Shown: piece after piece, positions 12,721-25,731 of the stretch
Numbering within the stretch: position 1 is the first letter of the stretch
How the letters are laid out: every line of letters starts with the position of its first letter
From: Podarcis pityusensis
Taxonomy: Eukaryota
Reading direction: 5' to 3' (one strand)
DNA: 64,000 nucleotides
Assembly (NCBI GenBank): GCA_964106645.2
Contig: OZ067044.1
Translations under genes and position numbers: made by a program
Notes under the pieces: model-generated
What the model was told of the DNA's origin: nothing
The model's database searches: none
The model's input: the letters and a program-made list of their open reading frames with translations, nothing else

Positions 12721-13639
12721 CAGCAATGCCTAACTCTTAAAAAAACACATTTCATTTTTTAAAAAAATGTTTACTACAACTTTTAATTTTAAAAGGATCT
12801 GAATGTTTTGCATTGATTTTGTTTGTGTATACAAAGAAATGCTAGCAAATTAGATATCAATGACTACTTCATTCAACTGTATTTGAAAGGGCGGAGGCAA
12901 TCCTCATTTTTTTAAAAAAAATGTTGATGCAGAATGACCAGCACAAATGGAATAAACAATTCTCACTGCCTTAGCATGCTTTCTTCTTCTTCTTTCCCTC
13001 TCTCAGTGGTATTACTAATCAAACACTGTAGGCTCCCTGGTCACAGTAGGAAGCAAGACTATATTTGTTAAGGGTGATGGGGGAGCACAGTTTGGGATGC
13101 TGTAAGCCTGTGATCATGACTAGATTGGGTTGTATTAATGCCAAGTACACAGGCACACACACACTCACACCATGCATCTAGTCAGAACCTATGGGCTAAT
13201 ACAGCCTCTGGCATTTTCATTTTGACTCGAGCTCTGGAATGGACGTTATTTTCTCCTCCTCCTAGATTTACCAGTCCATTCCCTTTGGGCAGGAAAATGA
13301 AGTGTCAGAGTGATACTGAGTGTCCTTATCTTGAGGGGGCATAAAATTGTAAAGGCTGTCATGGTAATCATTAATAAAACAGAGAGAGAGGGAGAGGGAG
13401 AGAGAGGGAGATGGGCAAAGAGAAAATCATGAAGGTACTAAAAGAATAGCCAAAGTATCATCATCTGGGTCTCATCAGACAATTTTTGCAGGGTGCTCTT
13501 TTTCTGGTATGTGTTTTAAGTATGAGAGAAATTCCCAGACATGTTCTCCTATACATCATCATGGTGTCTGACCTCTGCCTGACCCTGGCAACAGTTTGAG
13601 AAATCTAAATGTGAACAAAGACTCTGTGTCAGCAGCAGG

Positions 13640-14000
13640 GAGAGATTGTGGGGTAGACTTTCCTCCATCAACTTAATCGCAAACAGCAGTTTTTAGGCCA
13701 TAACTTTACAGGGCTCCACCAAGCCACAAACACATAACCTTTGGAGGTGAAACTGCCCTCTACCCCTCCTCCCTTCTGTGATTTTTCTCAGTCCTCTGGT
13801 ACTTCCTTTGATGTAGCAAGGCAATTAGATCTAATGTTCAAGTACTGCAAGCCTGTTTTATGGTTTCGAAGGTGAGAGCTGTTTATTACAGGTAGGCTCC
13901 CGGGGGCCATAAAAGCTTTGCAAATTTTAATCATGCAAAAAACTAATCAAATGTAACTTATACACACCATAAAAATTAATATCATTATTATGCACTATTT
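13640..14000. promoter_or_regulatory. Putative enhancer with clustered posterior-HOX/CDX-type sites
   Basis: GCCATAAC (~13697), TTTTATGG (~13856), TTTATTAC (~13882), GCCATAAAA (~13906), ACCATAAAA (~13966). Confidence 0.45.
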
Positions 14001-14878
14001 AAATTGGTTGTCTTGGCTTTTCAATGGCAGACACATTAAGAAAAATATTTGGCATTCATATCAGAAATATGTCTGGCTTTCCTTTCGGAAACCTATTTCA
14101 GAGACAGAAATGACAGTGGAGCTGCTTTTACTGTCTTCAAAAAAGTGGCAAAGGGCTGCTGATTTCTTGCAGTGTTACACTGTTGCAAATGTCTTTAATG
14201 AACTGCAGAAAAATGTAGCAGTCACACATACAAGCATATTAAGATGCTGAGAAGTAAAAATATAGACTAATTCCTATAATTCTTAAGGAATTTCCAAAAC
14301 AAAAAGTAACATCAGACCGTTCATAGCATCAGCACTTCAACAACTTGTACTTATTGCTTCAAAGTGTATTGTTCGATCGTAATGTCGTATTTTAATCAAC
14401 AAAGATATCTGGGGGAAGTGTGCATGTATGAGTTCACACCACTATAGCTCCTAAAAGATCTATGAGTGTGTTTAGATATGGACAAGTCCTTGTGGTCTGT
14501 TTTAAATTTACAAGAGTTCTACCTATATACGCTTACATATGTAAGCTTTGAAAATAAGTAGAACATGGAATTCAGTCATATTTCAATAGCTAACATAACA
14601 CTCACCATTGCAACATGATATTTTATTCTCACCTGGTTTTGTTTTATCTAAATACTTAAATGCCTTTGAAGTCAAGTCCAAGTTTAACCACTGTCAGCCT
14701 TCCCCCCCCTGAAACCTGTTTTGAAGTACGCACAGTATTAAAAGCTGCACAGTTTGGAATGCTTATCATTAAAACTGGGCAAAACAAAAATTACCAACTG
14801 AAATATACATGTCCTTATTAATTATGTTTACACAATTAATACATGGGAAATGCATATTTCAGAGACCAGTTCTTTCCA

Positions 14879-15187
14879 GCATCATAACTTTTATATGCCT
14901 GTTGTCTTTGCCCATGGAGTTTTCTTGGCAGGGATACTGGAGTGGCTTGCCGGTTCCTGCTCCAGATGGATCATGTTTGGTCAAAACTCTCCACTATGAC
15001 CTGTCCATTTTGGGTGTCCCTGCACGGCATAGCTCATAGCTTCTCTGAGTTATTCAAGCCCCTTCACCATGGCAAGGCAGTGATCCATGAAGGGGCTGGA
15101 GGAGACTCTTGAGAGTCCCATGGACTCTGGCGTGCTCTGGTCCATGGGGTCATGAAGAGTCGGACATGACTAAACGACTAAACAACA
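14879..15187 (+). mobile_element. Internally deleted BovB (RTE LINE) derivative: 5' UTR, short ORF piece and 3' end
   Basis: BovB-type 5' UTR (cccatggagttttcttggcagggatactggagtggcttgcc...ctctccactatgacc), ORF piece ctggaggagactcttgagagtcccatggact, 3' end ctggcgtgctctggtccatggggtcatgaagagtcggacatgactaaacgactaaacaaca. 11-bp TSD AGTTCTTTCCA at 14868-14878 and 15188-15198. Confidence 0.85.
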
Positions 15188-15859
15188 AGTTCTTTCCATG
15201 TAATACTATACTTCCAAGTTACAGAGGACCCTGTCTTAAAGATACTTGCCCATTTCTGCCACCACGAGTGGTGGGGGAGGATACAAATGGCAGTAAACAT
15301 AGACCAGATGGAGAACTAGTCTACACAATCAAGGTGGCAAGAGCAGAGATTTGGCCAGGAAGCCTGAACCTGCAGGGAAGCTGCCTAACAGAACTTGGAT
15401 GGCAGGATCTGAGTTGCAACGGTTGGCAAAGAATCTTCCACAAGGACCTGTTGTTCCCAAGATGCTCAGGTAGCAACTAAAGGATTTTATAGTGGAGCTG
15501 GCTGCTTCTGGATCAGCAGGGCCTGATCTGAGTCATTACTCAGTGCCTACCTGTTTCCTCTGAGTAAGTCTTGCAAAACGGAGACCTTGGTCAACAGAAA
15601 AGGGGCTGCAACACCACTTCTTTGCTTTAATGCAGCTCCATCACTGTCACTGTGTAGCCTCCATGGATAGGGTGTCATCTGGGGGCGTTGGCTGTTCATC
15701 GCCCTGTGGGGTAAGCTTCTGTGCCTACTCTTCAGACGTTTCATACGGTCTGGAGTATATGGGCACAGATGGATCCTCCTAACACCACTAAGTGGGATAG
15801 TACACCCTTGTGATATCTGTAATGGCCTACAATATTAAATGTGTCGGTTTAGAAGTCCT

Positions 15860-16060
15860 TCAATGTTCAAAGCTCTTCCTATATTTTACCTCAATAATGT
15901 TTACAACAACTCTAGATAGTAATCAGTACTATTGCCCCCATGTTGCCATTGGACAGGCTGAAGATAAAGTAATAATAATAATAATAGTGGGATGTCTACG
16001 GCCACAGTGAGAATGGCCAAGGTGAGATACAAATCAGGGACTTCCTGGCTTGCTACATCA
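15860..16060 (-). mobile_element. Old MIR/CORE-like SINE relic
   Basis: ttacaacaactct...tattgcccccatgttg...ggccaaggtgagatacaaatcagggacttcctggc; similar in reverse to 29205-29390. Confidence 0.45.
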
Positions 16061-16387
16061 ACTCTTTCTGAAAAAAGACTTTCTTAATAAGAAAAGCTGG
16101 ACAGTAAATTAGTGTCAATTATTTAATGACTATTACTACAGATGCCAGGCCTGAAGGAAGAAAGGAAGAGATTGTCTTGAACCAACAACATCATTAGGAA
16201 AGGTCCTTGAGAATAAAACACCTGCTTGCATATTGAAAGACTGGATTGTACCCCAGAATAACATCCTCAAATTATTTTAACCATAAGGTGCCTTATAGCT
16301 TATGCCAAACCTATTATGACCTAAGCGTTTATTTACTAGAGTACAGTTCTCCAGATATATGGCAGCTTCTGATATTGTAAGGTGCAA

Positions 16388-16463
16388 GTGTGTGTGTGTA
16401 CACACAAACACACACACACGAGAGAGAGGGAGGGAGGGAGGGAGGGAGGGAGGGAGGGAGGGG
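16388..16463. repeat. Compound microsatellite (GT)n(CA)n(GA)n(GGGA)n
   Basis: Read directly. Confidence 0.9.
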
Positions 16464-16757
16464 TGCCGATTCATGAAGAAGTGTAGGTGATAGCAAACAA
16501 ACATCCTGTAGTGTGATAAAACCCAATATTCTGATTAAATCCCCACATGAAGGAGCTAAACTTTTTGAAGATCCTTTCCCTCCGATCTCATTTTTGACAA
16601 TCTCTCTTACACCCACCCATCGCCCAGTCCTCATCTGTATTAGAACTGTTTAAAAGATGTTTTAAGATGTTATTGTTTTATCACTTGCCATCCTCGACAT
16701 ATAAATTTAATAATAAATGGCCACCAACAGTTGTGTGCCACTTAGAACAACACTTCA

Positions 16758-16878
16758 CTTATCCGATGAAGCAGGCTCTAATCCATGAAAGTTTGTGCCA
16801 TTAAAAACATGCTCTCGTCTTTAAGGTGCCACAATACAGTTTTGGCTGCCACAGACTAACACATCTACTTCTCTGGAA
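16758..16878 (+). mobile_element. Penelope-like element terminal-repeat fragment
   Basis: ccgatgaagcaggctctaatccatgaaagtttgtgcc...gtctttaaggtgccaca...ttttggctgccacagactaacacatctacttctctgg follows the recalled reptile Penelope terminal consensus. Confidence 0.7.
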
Positions 16879-18530
16879 ATACTTTTAAGAATCTCTAAAC
16901 TGAAGTTTTTAAAAGCTGAAGACCCATGTTCCATCACAATGTTTAAACATCCCAGCAATACATGATTAAAGATAATGTTATATTAGCCTCCCAGGTGTAG
17001 TATCCTTATAGCAGTGAATATATGTGTGCTGGAGGTGATAGCACATACAGAACTCTGTGAACATGCTCAGTAATTGATCTGGAATCTTGGACACAAGAGG
17101 TGACAAACCATGCTTTTAATTTCAGATCCTAGGAGCTCAATGGACAGATTTAGTTCCCAACCAATGCTGCAAAAATTTATTTTATATTTTACACATAAGT
17201 GAATGGTTGCTACTTATTACTATGGAGAAATTAAAGAGCTACTGTTGAGGGCAACAATGTGAAGTGAGCAAAAATCTGCTCATTAGCCCAAAACTGAATC
17301 ACCCAGCTACCACTATTATCAAGAAGCAATATTCCTGCCCTCCTGCTAATAGTAGTTACAGGACGCAGGAATATTTCACACACTTACCACCAACTCAACT
17401 GGATAGGGGAAATACAGTTTCCCTCACCCAATCAAACCTGAGAGGAGCTTTTAGATTGGTACCAGGGAGGCATTTCTTGCCTTTCCCTATGAGTCTTGTG
17501 GTCTAATCAGGTTGAGCAAGAAGCAGAATCAAGCCCATTTTTATGCTTGTTTGGGAAGCAAGGGTGACAATAAAAAAGATTGTGGAAACAATTAGACTTC
17601 TGAATCACTTTTTTTTAAAGAATTAAGCAGTCTTTAGCCAATTTGACAGTAAAAGGGTCAGGCAGCCAAACTAACTAAAACTGAGAAATTCCAAAGCTTC
17701 TTTTTCTGAAATGAAAGCAGCAGATTTTGACAGCTGGCTATTATAGCCTCATTTTTTTTTATTGCTCAACATCTGCACAACATGAGAAGCAAACCCCTTT
17801 CTCAAAGAATCCCTACTCTGTTGTGTAACAGTCCTAACAGATTACTCCTGTTCTAACCATCCCCACCTGTTGTTCATCCTCATTCTTTTCAATTCAACCT
17901 ACCCTTACTGTACAGAAAATTCTATCACTTTCCTCCTTATTTCCCCCATATCTGATTTCTATGAATCGATGGATGAAGAATGGTATATAAATTTAACTCA
18001 TAAAATAAATAAAATAAAAACAACTAAAAGGAACAACACAACAGAAGATCCCCATTTCCACTCCATCTACTAAGGCCTATGGATTCAGGAAGATATTCTT
18101 CTGTTTCATGCTGTCCATCAAGCAACTACAACAGAATTCAAGATTACACAATGTATAATTGTAAATGTGCTGGTTTGCTCAACATGTAAGCCTCTATCCA
18201 CTCAGTGAGTCTAGATTTCATTCTACTTTATTTTATTGGTCTGGTCTAATAGTAACAAAAACATATAAAAATCATATAAAAATCAAATTGAATTTTGATT
18301 ATTACAATTTTTTGATTATTACAGTTCTACAATTTGTTTTTCAAATGATGAACAACAGGTCCTCTGTAAACCTTCAGGCCAGACAAGTTACTCTTTCCCT
18401 TGTTCTTGCCTGACGAACTATTCAACCCATATATTATTTTCACCACCTTATTCAGTTTGCTGACAATGACAGATAAGTAATACTTTGTTTCCAGAGCTTG
18501 GTAGGTTACTAAATAAGCAATCCACTAAAA

Positions 18531-18690
18531 CAGTGGTTCCCAATTAGCTAAGTACTGTGGACCTTTGTTTTTCAAAAGCCAAGCTATGGACCCGTACTTC
18601 TGAAAATTCTGATATATCTATGGTAGTTTTTGTTATGTGAATGGTATCACATACCCCTTGGGCGGGTTACACGGAACTCCTGGGGGTCAT
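18531..18690 (+). mobile_element. hAT (Charlie-like) MITE fragment
   Basis: Begins CAGTGGTTCCCAA and has internal ggaccc-type motifs; the second TIR was not recognised. Confidence 0.5.
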
Positions 18691-18984
18691 ATACATCTGT
18701 TGGCCTGTGTTTGCCTTATTGGGTTACAAGCTGGTGATGGCTAATATATGCCCTCTCTTCCTTAAATGTTGCTGTTACTATGTCACTTTTAACACTGAAC
18801 TGCCTTAAAACCATTTATAGAATAAAAATAGAAATAACAGGAAACATGAAACCAAGTATAAAAGCAAGAATACAATAAGACCTAAACTGCACATCTAAAA
18901 ATAGGCATCTAACAGGAACAAGTCTTACCCACCTCATTTAAAAGTCCACAGAGATAACCAGTTACCCTCCAAATTAAGGATCAA

Positions 18985-19345
18985 AGGCCAAGATAAATTA
19001 AATGTTTTTGCCTGGCACATAAAAGCAGACAGCACCAGGTATGCTGCTCTGGAGAGTGCATTCTGTAAGTGAAGAGCCACTACCGCAAAGGCCTGTTCTC
19101 ATGTTGCCTACTCTGCACCTCCCTTGGAGAGGACACATGGAGAAAAGTCTCCGATAATGAATGATGTGTCTGGGTTGGGTCATACGAGGAGAAGCTGTTC
19201 TGGAGGTACTGGGGTCTTGAGCCATGTAAGGCCTTATGGCTAAAAACTTTGAACTGAGCCTGGACACTAATCGGTAGTTGGTGGAGTTCCATCAAGATTG
19301 GAGTTAATAAGCTCACACCATCTTGCTCCGGTCAGTAATTTGGGG
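18985..19345 (-). mobile_element. Decayed L2 ORF2 C-terminal fragment
   Basis: Translation TPILMELHQLPISVQAQFKVFSHKALHGSRPQYL parallels TLVLKVLHWLPVRFRAQFKVLVLTFKALNGLGPVYL of the young L2. Confidence 0.8.
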
Positions 19346-21256
19346 CAAGATGGTCTGAGAATATAAACAACTAAATTAAGATGGGCAAGTAAGCACTGAA
19401 AAGTAATGAGTCTATGCCAGGGAAGAGAGGGAGAAAGTGATTAATAGTGGATGGATAAACAACGACAGGAAATGAATTCCACTCCAAATGGGTGATGAAC
19501 ATGTTTGACTTCTAAAATGTTAAACTGACAAAGTGCAACTAAGTGAAGAAGATGTAACATCCATTTGTCTTAAAATATCTGTACACACATTTTAAGCATC
19601 TTTCATTTGCCTCTCTCATCCTGATTTCTACTGTAATGGGGAGCTTAACTGTCATGCTGCTCTTCTTACACATGGCACTGTCACCAAAATATGATGGTCC
19701 TTGGAAACAGACTTACAATTTAATAATTTACTATTGCCCACCCTAGGCAATTACACTTCCCTCTCACATGTCTTGGGGAGTAGGCATGACTTACTACAAA
19801 CAGCCTTCCAATCTGAAACAGCTACACACCATTCAGAACAGGTCATACAACAGAAATATGGAAACAGGCCTGTCCTTGTGGCAGACCCAGATGTCTACGC
19901 TGTTCCTGTGTCTATTCTGGCAACAGGATCTATCTATCACTTAATCAACAAAAGTCTCTAAGCAGTTTACCTAAAACACTGTAATTACATAGAAATGTCA
20001 TCCACAACATCAGGGGTTAATTCACCTGCTCATCTTCCACAATGTGATGTATACCATCATCTGCTAGCAATATCCCTCTGTGTTCTACACAGCAGAAAAA
20101 GAGTAGTTTATACACAAAAGATTAAATGAACGCAAATCTGACACTAGAAATTTCAATATTAAAAATGCCAATGGGAAAACATTTCAGCCACCCAGAGCAA
20201 TCTGTAAGTGAGCTCAGGGTGGCCATCCCAGAGCAAAGGAACTTCAAAGAGACACTGCAATAGGAAACCACTGAATTACAAGGCATCAAGTGGTTCAGTG
20301 CTGTCACTTGTAGACTGAAAGAAGACAAAGGATTTTTAGCACATTATATGTGTTAATTTGCTTACCACTGCCAACCCTTGACAGCAATAAAATATTATAG
20401 CAAAATATCATCCAATTAAGAGCTAATCTTTATTAAATCAACACAAGAAAAAATGCTGAAAACCAGAACTAGTGCGAAAATATATATTTACCTGTAATAT
20501 CTTTTCCTGTATCACCTGCAGCTGAATGTTTTAAGTTGTTAAAAGTTTAATATGCATTTCAGCTTCACATCTGAACCAAATTGGCTACACAAAATCATAC
20601 ATTTGAAAGGTACCTCAAAGGTCCTCCAGTCTAACTCCCTGTTTGTGCAGAAACTGTATAGGGTTGTTTTGAAATTTTGTTCTAGGGCTTCCATTTTTAG
20701 TGCACAGCATAGTCTTGCTCAGGTAGCATGATGGGCTAGTTTATAAAAACTTTTGTGTTACACACTATGGATTTCAGCCTATCTTTACCCAAATGAAGAA
20801 AACAAGGAAACCATATACAAATTTGAAATAAGCCAAGCAAAGGTGCAATATGAAGAATAAATTTCTATGTAGAAGCATAAATTGTGAGACCATTAGACAA
20901 AAAGGTAAATAAGAATGGCTAAATGAAGTCAGAGAATTTTTTTTTGGGGGGGGTAGCTAAATAAATTACTTTTATCAGTCTTCGGTACAAAAGCTTGGAG
21001 GAAAATATCATCTGAATTCATTGGGTGTTGGTGATAGAACACCTTTAAGGCTCATTCAGAAACTTCAGTCATTTTTGGTTCAGAAAAAAAGGCTACTAAA
21101 GGAAATGAGATAGATGGTTACACAATTTTGAATAACATGAACAGAATAGAGACAATACTTTTTGTTTAAAAATACTAAAATCTGGACTTGTCCAATAAAA
21201 TTAAGTTTAGGTAAAGGAAAAACAAAACAATGAACAAAGCAGAATTTATTTACACA

Positions 21257-21401
21257 GGGGATATAGCTCAGTCGGTAGAGCATGAGGCTCTTAATCTCAG
21301 GGTTGTGGGTTCAGGCCCCATGTTGGGAAAAAGATTCCCGCACTGGAGGGGTTGGACTAGATGACACTCATGGTCCCTTCCAACTCTACATTTCTATGAT
21401 T
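21257..21401 (+). mobile_element. tRNA-Lys(CTT)-derived SINE with CR1-type tail
   Basis: tagctcagtcggtagagcatgaggctcttaatctcagggttgtgggttcaggcccc head, then gggttggactagatgac...ggtcccttccaactctacatttctatgatt. Confidence 0.85.
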
Positions 21402-21843
21402 ATACAGTTGCTGTATAATCTAACAGAAGCTTAGCTATCCCTGTCATGCCTTGCTTGACATGCCTTGCCATTTTCTTGGGGTGAGATGGAGATGGAATGC
21501 AGGACCAAGGGAACCTGACACTCGAGAAAAAATTCTGGGCTTTGGTCTGATCTAGCAAAATACTTCTTATATACTTAAAAATGGGGAACTACTTTAGCTG
21601 CTTTTCTGCCTCACAATTTCACTTGAAAGGCAGAATTATGAGTGAAGCAAACAGTTTAAAAATAGCATACAAATTAGGGGGAAATCAGTACAGATTTGAT
21701 TTGAAAAGCAATGGCACAGAAATGCTTTACTGGTTGCTAAATATTTTATGACTAAAATTTTAGCAATCTTGCTTGTACCCAAAATATGAGTGCATGCTTT
21801 TTAAGCTGTCAACTATCTTCATTAGAGCCTTCTTTGGTGTCAG

Positions 21844-21846
<3 letters not shown>

Positions 21847-21876
<30 letters not shown>
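21847..21876. repeat. (GT)n microsatellite
   Basis: Read directly. Confidence 0.95.
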
Positions 21877-21878
<2 letters not shown>

Positions 21879-23171
21879 GCAGAACTGTGTCAGATCACTA
21901 TCACATTACTTACACTTTGAGCTAAGGAAATAAATATATGTCTAAGGTGCCTCAAATGGCAAGACTACACGCTAAGCTTTAAAGTTTAGGTTGCCTTGTC
22001 TTCTGAGGACCCAGAGTGGTAGATGAGGCAAGACACTTTTCAAACCAGATCCCTTCAGGGTACCCTGCAGGCTGTAGTCCTAGCCTGAAGCAAGGAAAGA
22101 GTTGGGACCTCAAAACGGTGCTTTAAAAATACCTATCCCTTAGTTGGACCTAGGCCAAAGCCAGACGATACAGCACTTGATGAAAGCACATAAAGGTTGT
22201 GTATTCAAAGTATGCTATAATTTTGCGCTGCCTCAGGATACTTGAACCATGCCTCTTGCAGGCATTGCAACTGAGCAAGTGTGAATCTTCCTTCATACAC
22301 TGTTCAGGCTTGTCCAATGTAACACGTTTTCTCCTGGCTATTGACAATAGAATACCTGCAGCCTTCCTCCTGAACAACTATTAGGCTATATTTGCTGTTT
22401 GCCCAGCCATGTGTGTCTGTGAATAGCAGATCAACCTCTCCTAGTGCACTTCCCTAAGAAAGCATCCCTGTCTTTTTCAAAACACACCCTGTGTATTCAT
22501 CAGGTAAGGAAGCTAACACTGCTTTCTATATAACAGACTGTGAACTTGATGGTATGCAGAGAAGGGAATCCATTTCTCATTGCATCCTTTGGGAAATGTA
22601 TGCCAGAAGAAATATAATAAAGGTATATGAAAAAGGTTTCTTTGGGGATTTTATCAGATAACAATTATACCAGATCTGTCAAAGACAAACACACAAACCA
22701 ATCCAAGATTATTTTTTGTTAGTGTGGAATATTTTGTCTATAAGCAAATAATCAATGTGATGTTTCTTTAACTAGCTACAAGGAAAATAAATAACTTCAA
22801 TGGATAACATGGAAGAATGCTACCAAATATGAACTTCAGGATGTTTGAGTTCTGTAATCTCTCATTTCAGTAAATTTGAAGAAGGCCCATCATACTATTA
22901 CTCCTGCAATGTCAAGACATACATCAATAAATTGCAAATAACTAAATTAAAGAAAAAGTAGATTATAGTTACAAAAAGTAATAAACAATTCCTAGCACTC
23001 CAACAAAACACTAAATTAAAAGCAGGACTGATTCAATGCATATATATTATTTACACTTCAAATATTATGGAAGAAAAAAGACACAATAATCATGACTGTA
23101 ATAACCATGAAGATGCAGTTGCCAAACAAACAAAAACTATCCACAAGTCGCTTCAGAAAAAAAAGTAACTC

Positions 23172-23330
23172 AGACTATGCATGCACCATACATTTAAAGC
23201 CCTCCTCCCAAGAATCCTGGGGTTTGTCAAGGGTGCTCTGTGAGGGACTCTTTACAGTTCCTAGGATTATTTTTTGGAAGGTGGCAAGAAGGGAGAATGT
23301 GCTTTAAATGTATGGTGTACGTACACAGCT
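23172..23330. mobile_element. Short MITE with terminal inverted repeats
   Basis: Perfect 17-bp inverted repeat CACCATACATTTAAAGC (23184-23200) / GCTTTAAATGTATGGTG (23301-23317). Confidence 0.75.
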
Positions 23331-23537
23331 TCCCTATAATTTGAAGTATATTTTGTCAGATGCGCAACATATGACTTACTCATGAAAAGTGATGAATTTG
23401 TTCAAACAACACACACAAACACACAATTTTCTTTGAAGTATAACACAAGAATGTTACAGTATTGCAAAGAACTCTAAGGTTAAAAGTGTGATCCTAAATG
23501 TATATACTAATTTGATACAAAGTACAGAGCTCTCTCT

Positions 23538-23892
23538 GGGACACAGGTGGCGCTGTGGGTTAAACCACAGAGCCTAGGGCTTGCTGATCAGAAGGTCAGC
23601 AGTTTGAATCCCCATGACAGGGTGAGCTCTCGTTGCTCGGTCCCTGCTCCTGCCAACCTAGCAGTTCGAAAGCACGTCAAAGTGCAAGTACATAAATAGG
23701 TACCGCTCCAGCGGGAAGGTAAACGGCATTTCCGTGCGCTGCTCTGGTTCGCCAGAAGCGGCTTAGTCATGCTGGCCACATGACCCGGAAGCCGTACGCC
23801 GGCTCCCTCGGCCAAAAAAGCAAGATGAGCGCCGCAACCCCAGAGTCGGCCACGACTGGACCTAATGGTCAGGGGTCCCTTTACCTTTACCT
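23538..23892 (+). mobile_element. Sauria SINE (Squam1/POM type), full length
   Basis: gggacacaggtggcgctgtgggttaaaccacagagcc head, (ACCTTT)n tail, TSD TACAGAGCTCT (23523-23533, 23893-23903). Confidence 0.92.
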
Positions 23893-25731
23893 TACAGAGC
23901 TCTGTTAAGTTTGCAGCTCCAAGAAGTTATACATGAACTGTCCTGCAGAAAAGGCAAAACCGCCCATTTAAGTGTGGATAGCTCACAATTGCTTCAATGG
24001 CTAGTTACCTTGTAACAAACATAGAAGCAGAGTCCTGCCATTTATTTATTAAATAAAATTTAAAATGTATATATATGCCCAGCCATGGTGTGTGGGTGGG
24101 TGCTGAACAATGTATTCTTACATAAGTGTACTATGTATTAAATGTATATCATCTACACTTAAAATTTCCTCCATGAGCATACCATTAAATCCAGCAGACC
24201 TTTCCCAATATCACATAAGGTTAACAGTTCAAAGGTGGTTTCCTTAAACTTTTATCTCAGTATTCTGTGGGGGAAAGACTTAGGCCATTACAGACACTCA
24301 AACACAAAGATAAATAAAGTTCTTAAAATGAATGCTGATAATATGGAAAGCTCATCTTTACTGAGTAGGCACAAATTCAATCCAGCAAAATAGAAATGGT
24401 TTGATCCCCCTGATTTTATAGGACTAAAATCAGACTTGATTTAACAGAACTTAGTAGGAACACCATGTGACTCAGCTATCTAAGTACCATATGACTATGA
24501 AGTTTTCTGATTTGAGAGTTGTGTTTAAAGCATCATCTGCTTCTCAATTGTTCTTACAATATTTTAGGTCCTTTTTACTTAAACAAATCCTAACAATAAG
24601 GGTCTGTCAGCAAATATAGCCTTACAAGGTCCTGTAGTAATCAGTTTATGTGGAATGCAACCAAATAATAAAAAACACCACAACTTATATTCCCCAAATG
24701 GTGAATTATGTCAGATAGAAAAATGCATTAGCTTAGCCACCTTATACCTATAATGCTATTTCACTGAATTCTTTATGAAAACTGAATATATGGCTCAAGT
24801 TATTGTTACTTAAACTCCCTAAATGAAATAAAGAAAGAAATGAACAATTTAGGGTTGTGAAATCAGCCAGTATAAAATTATTTAGTTCACAGCTACAGCT
24901 ACCATGGTCAAATAACTTAACCCTAAAAGAAAATACAGTATTTCTTAAATGTAGCTTGTCTAAAGCTAAACCTGCTTGGTGGCTGGGAGTTAGAAGGAGC
25001 TTATCAAGGATTCATAAGAGATCTTTCTGGAAATGGCAGAAACCAGTCCTTGATTACACAGTCTGGCATAATCATGGAGTTCTTTCTCCTGTATTCCTAC
25101 TGTAATACACAAATTACATGAGCTCTCTCTCTCTCTCTCTCTCTCTTTATCTGTGATATTCTTCATAAATGCAAAGGCATTAATTTGTATGGTGCTTAAG
25201 GAAGTATACTTGTTAATTATTGTTTCCTTTGCATCCCCAGCTTGAATTCAAATCACCTTCATGTGCAGAGCTTTGCCTGCAAGAGAAGTTTTTTACCTGC
25301 GGGTCATCTGACATCATTGTGACTGACAGATGGCAACACTGTCCACCTGTCAAAATGGCCTGAGGAGGTAGACAAGGACAGGATCCAACCTGCCAGCCAG
25401 ATCCTATTCCCCACCCCCTGCTGTAAGAAATGAGAGACTGGAAAGAGACAGATTATATAGCAGAATTTCCTCCTTCTTTACAAAGGATGCAATTCACATC
25501 CAGTTGTGGTTACCAGCAAAATTTTAATTTACATTCATGGGTTTGGATGGTACCCCATTGTTCAGAAGCATCAATTCACTGTTCCCCAATTCATTGTTCA
25601 GTAGCACCAATAGACATGTGGAGATCCAAGTTAGGGTCTGAAGTTGAAAGCATGTAGGCAGTGACTGTATGGTGGTTGAACTGACCAGGATCTTCCATGG
25701 TAGAGATTTGAGGGAGGTTGCATGCCTTCAC

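Noticed and set aside
16428-16463. (GGGA)n tract as a functional G-quadruplex
   Set aside because: Part of an ordinary compound microsatellite; the G-rich strand is not the ZFHX4 RNA strand.
21257-21330. Apparent tRNA-Lys(CTT) gene
   Set aside because: The acceptor stem does not pair, the T-loop is altered and it runs directly into a CR1-type tail, so it is a SINE head.
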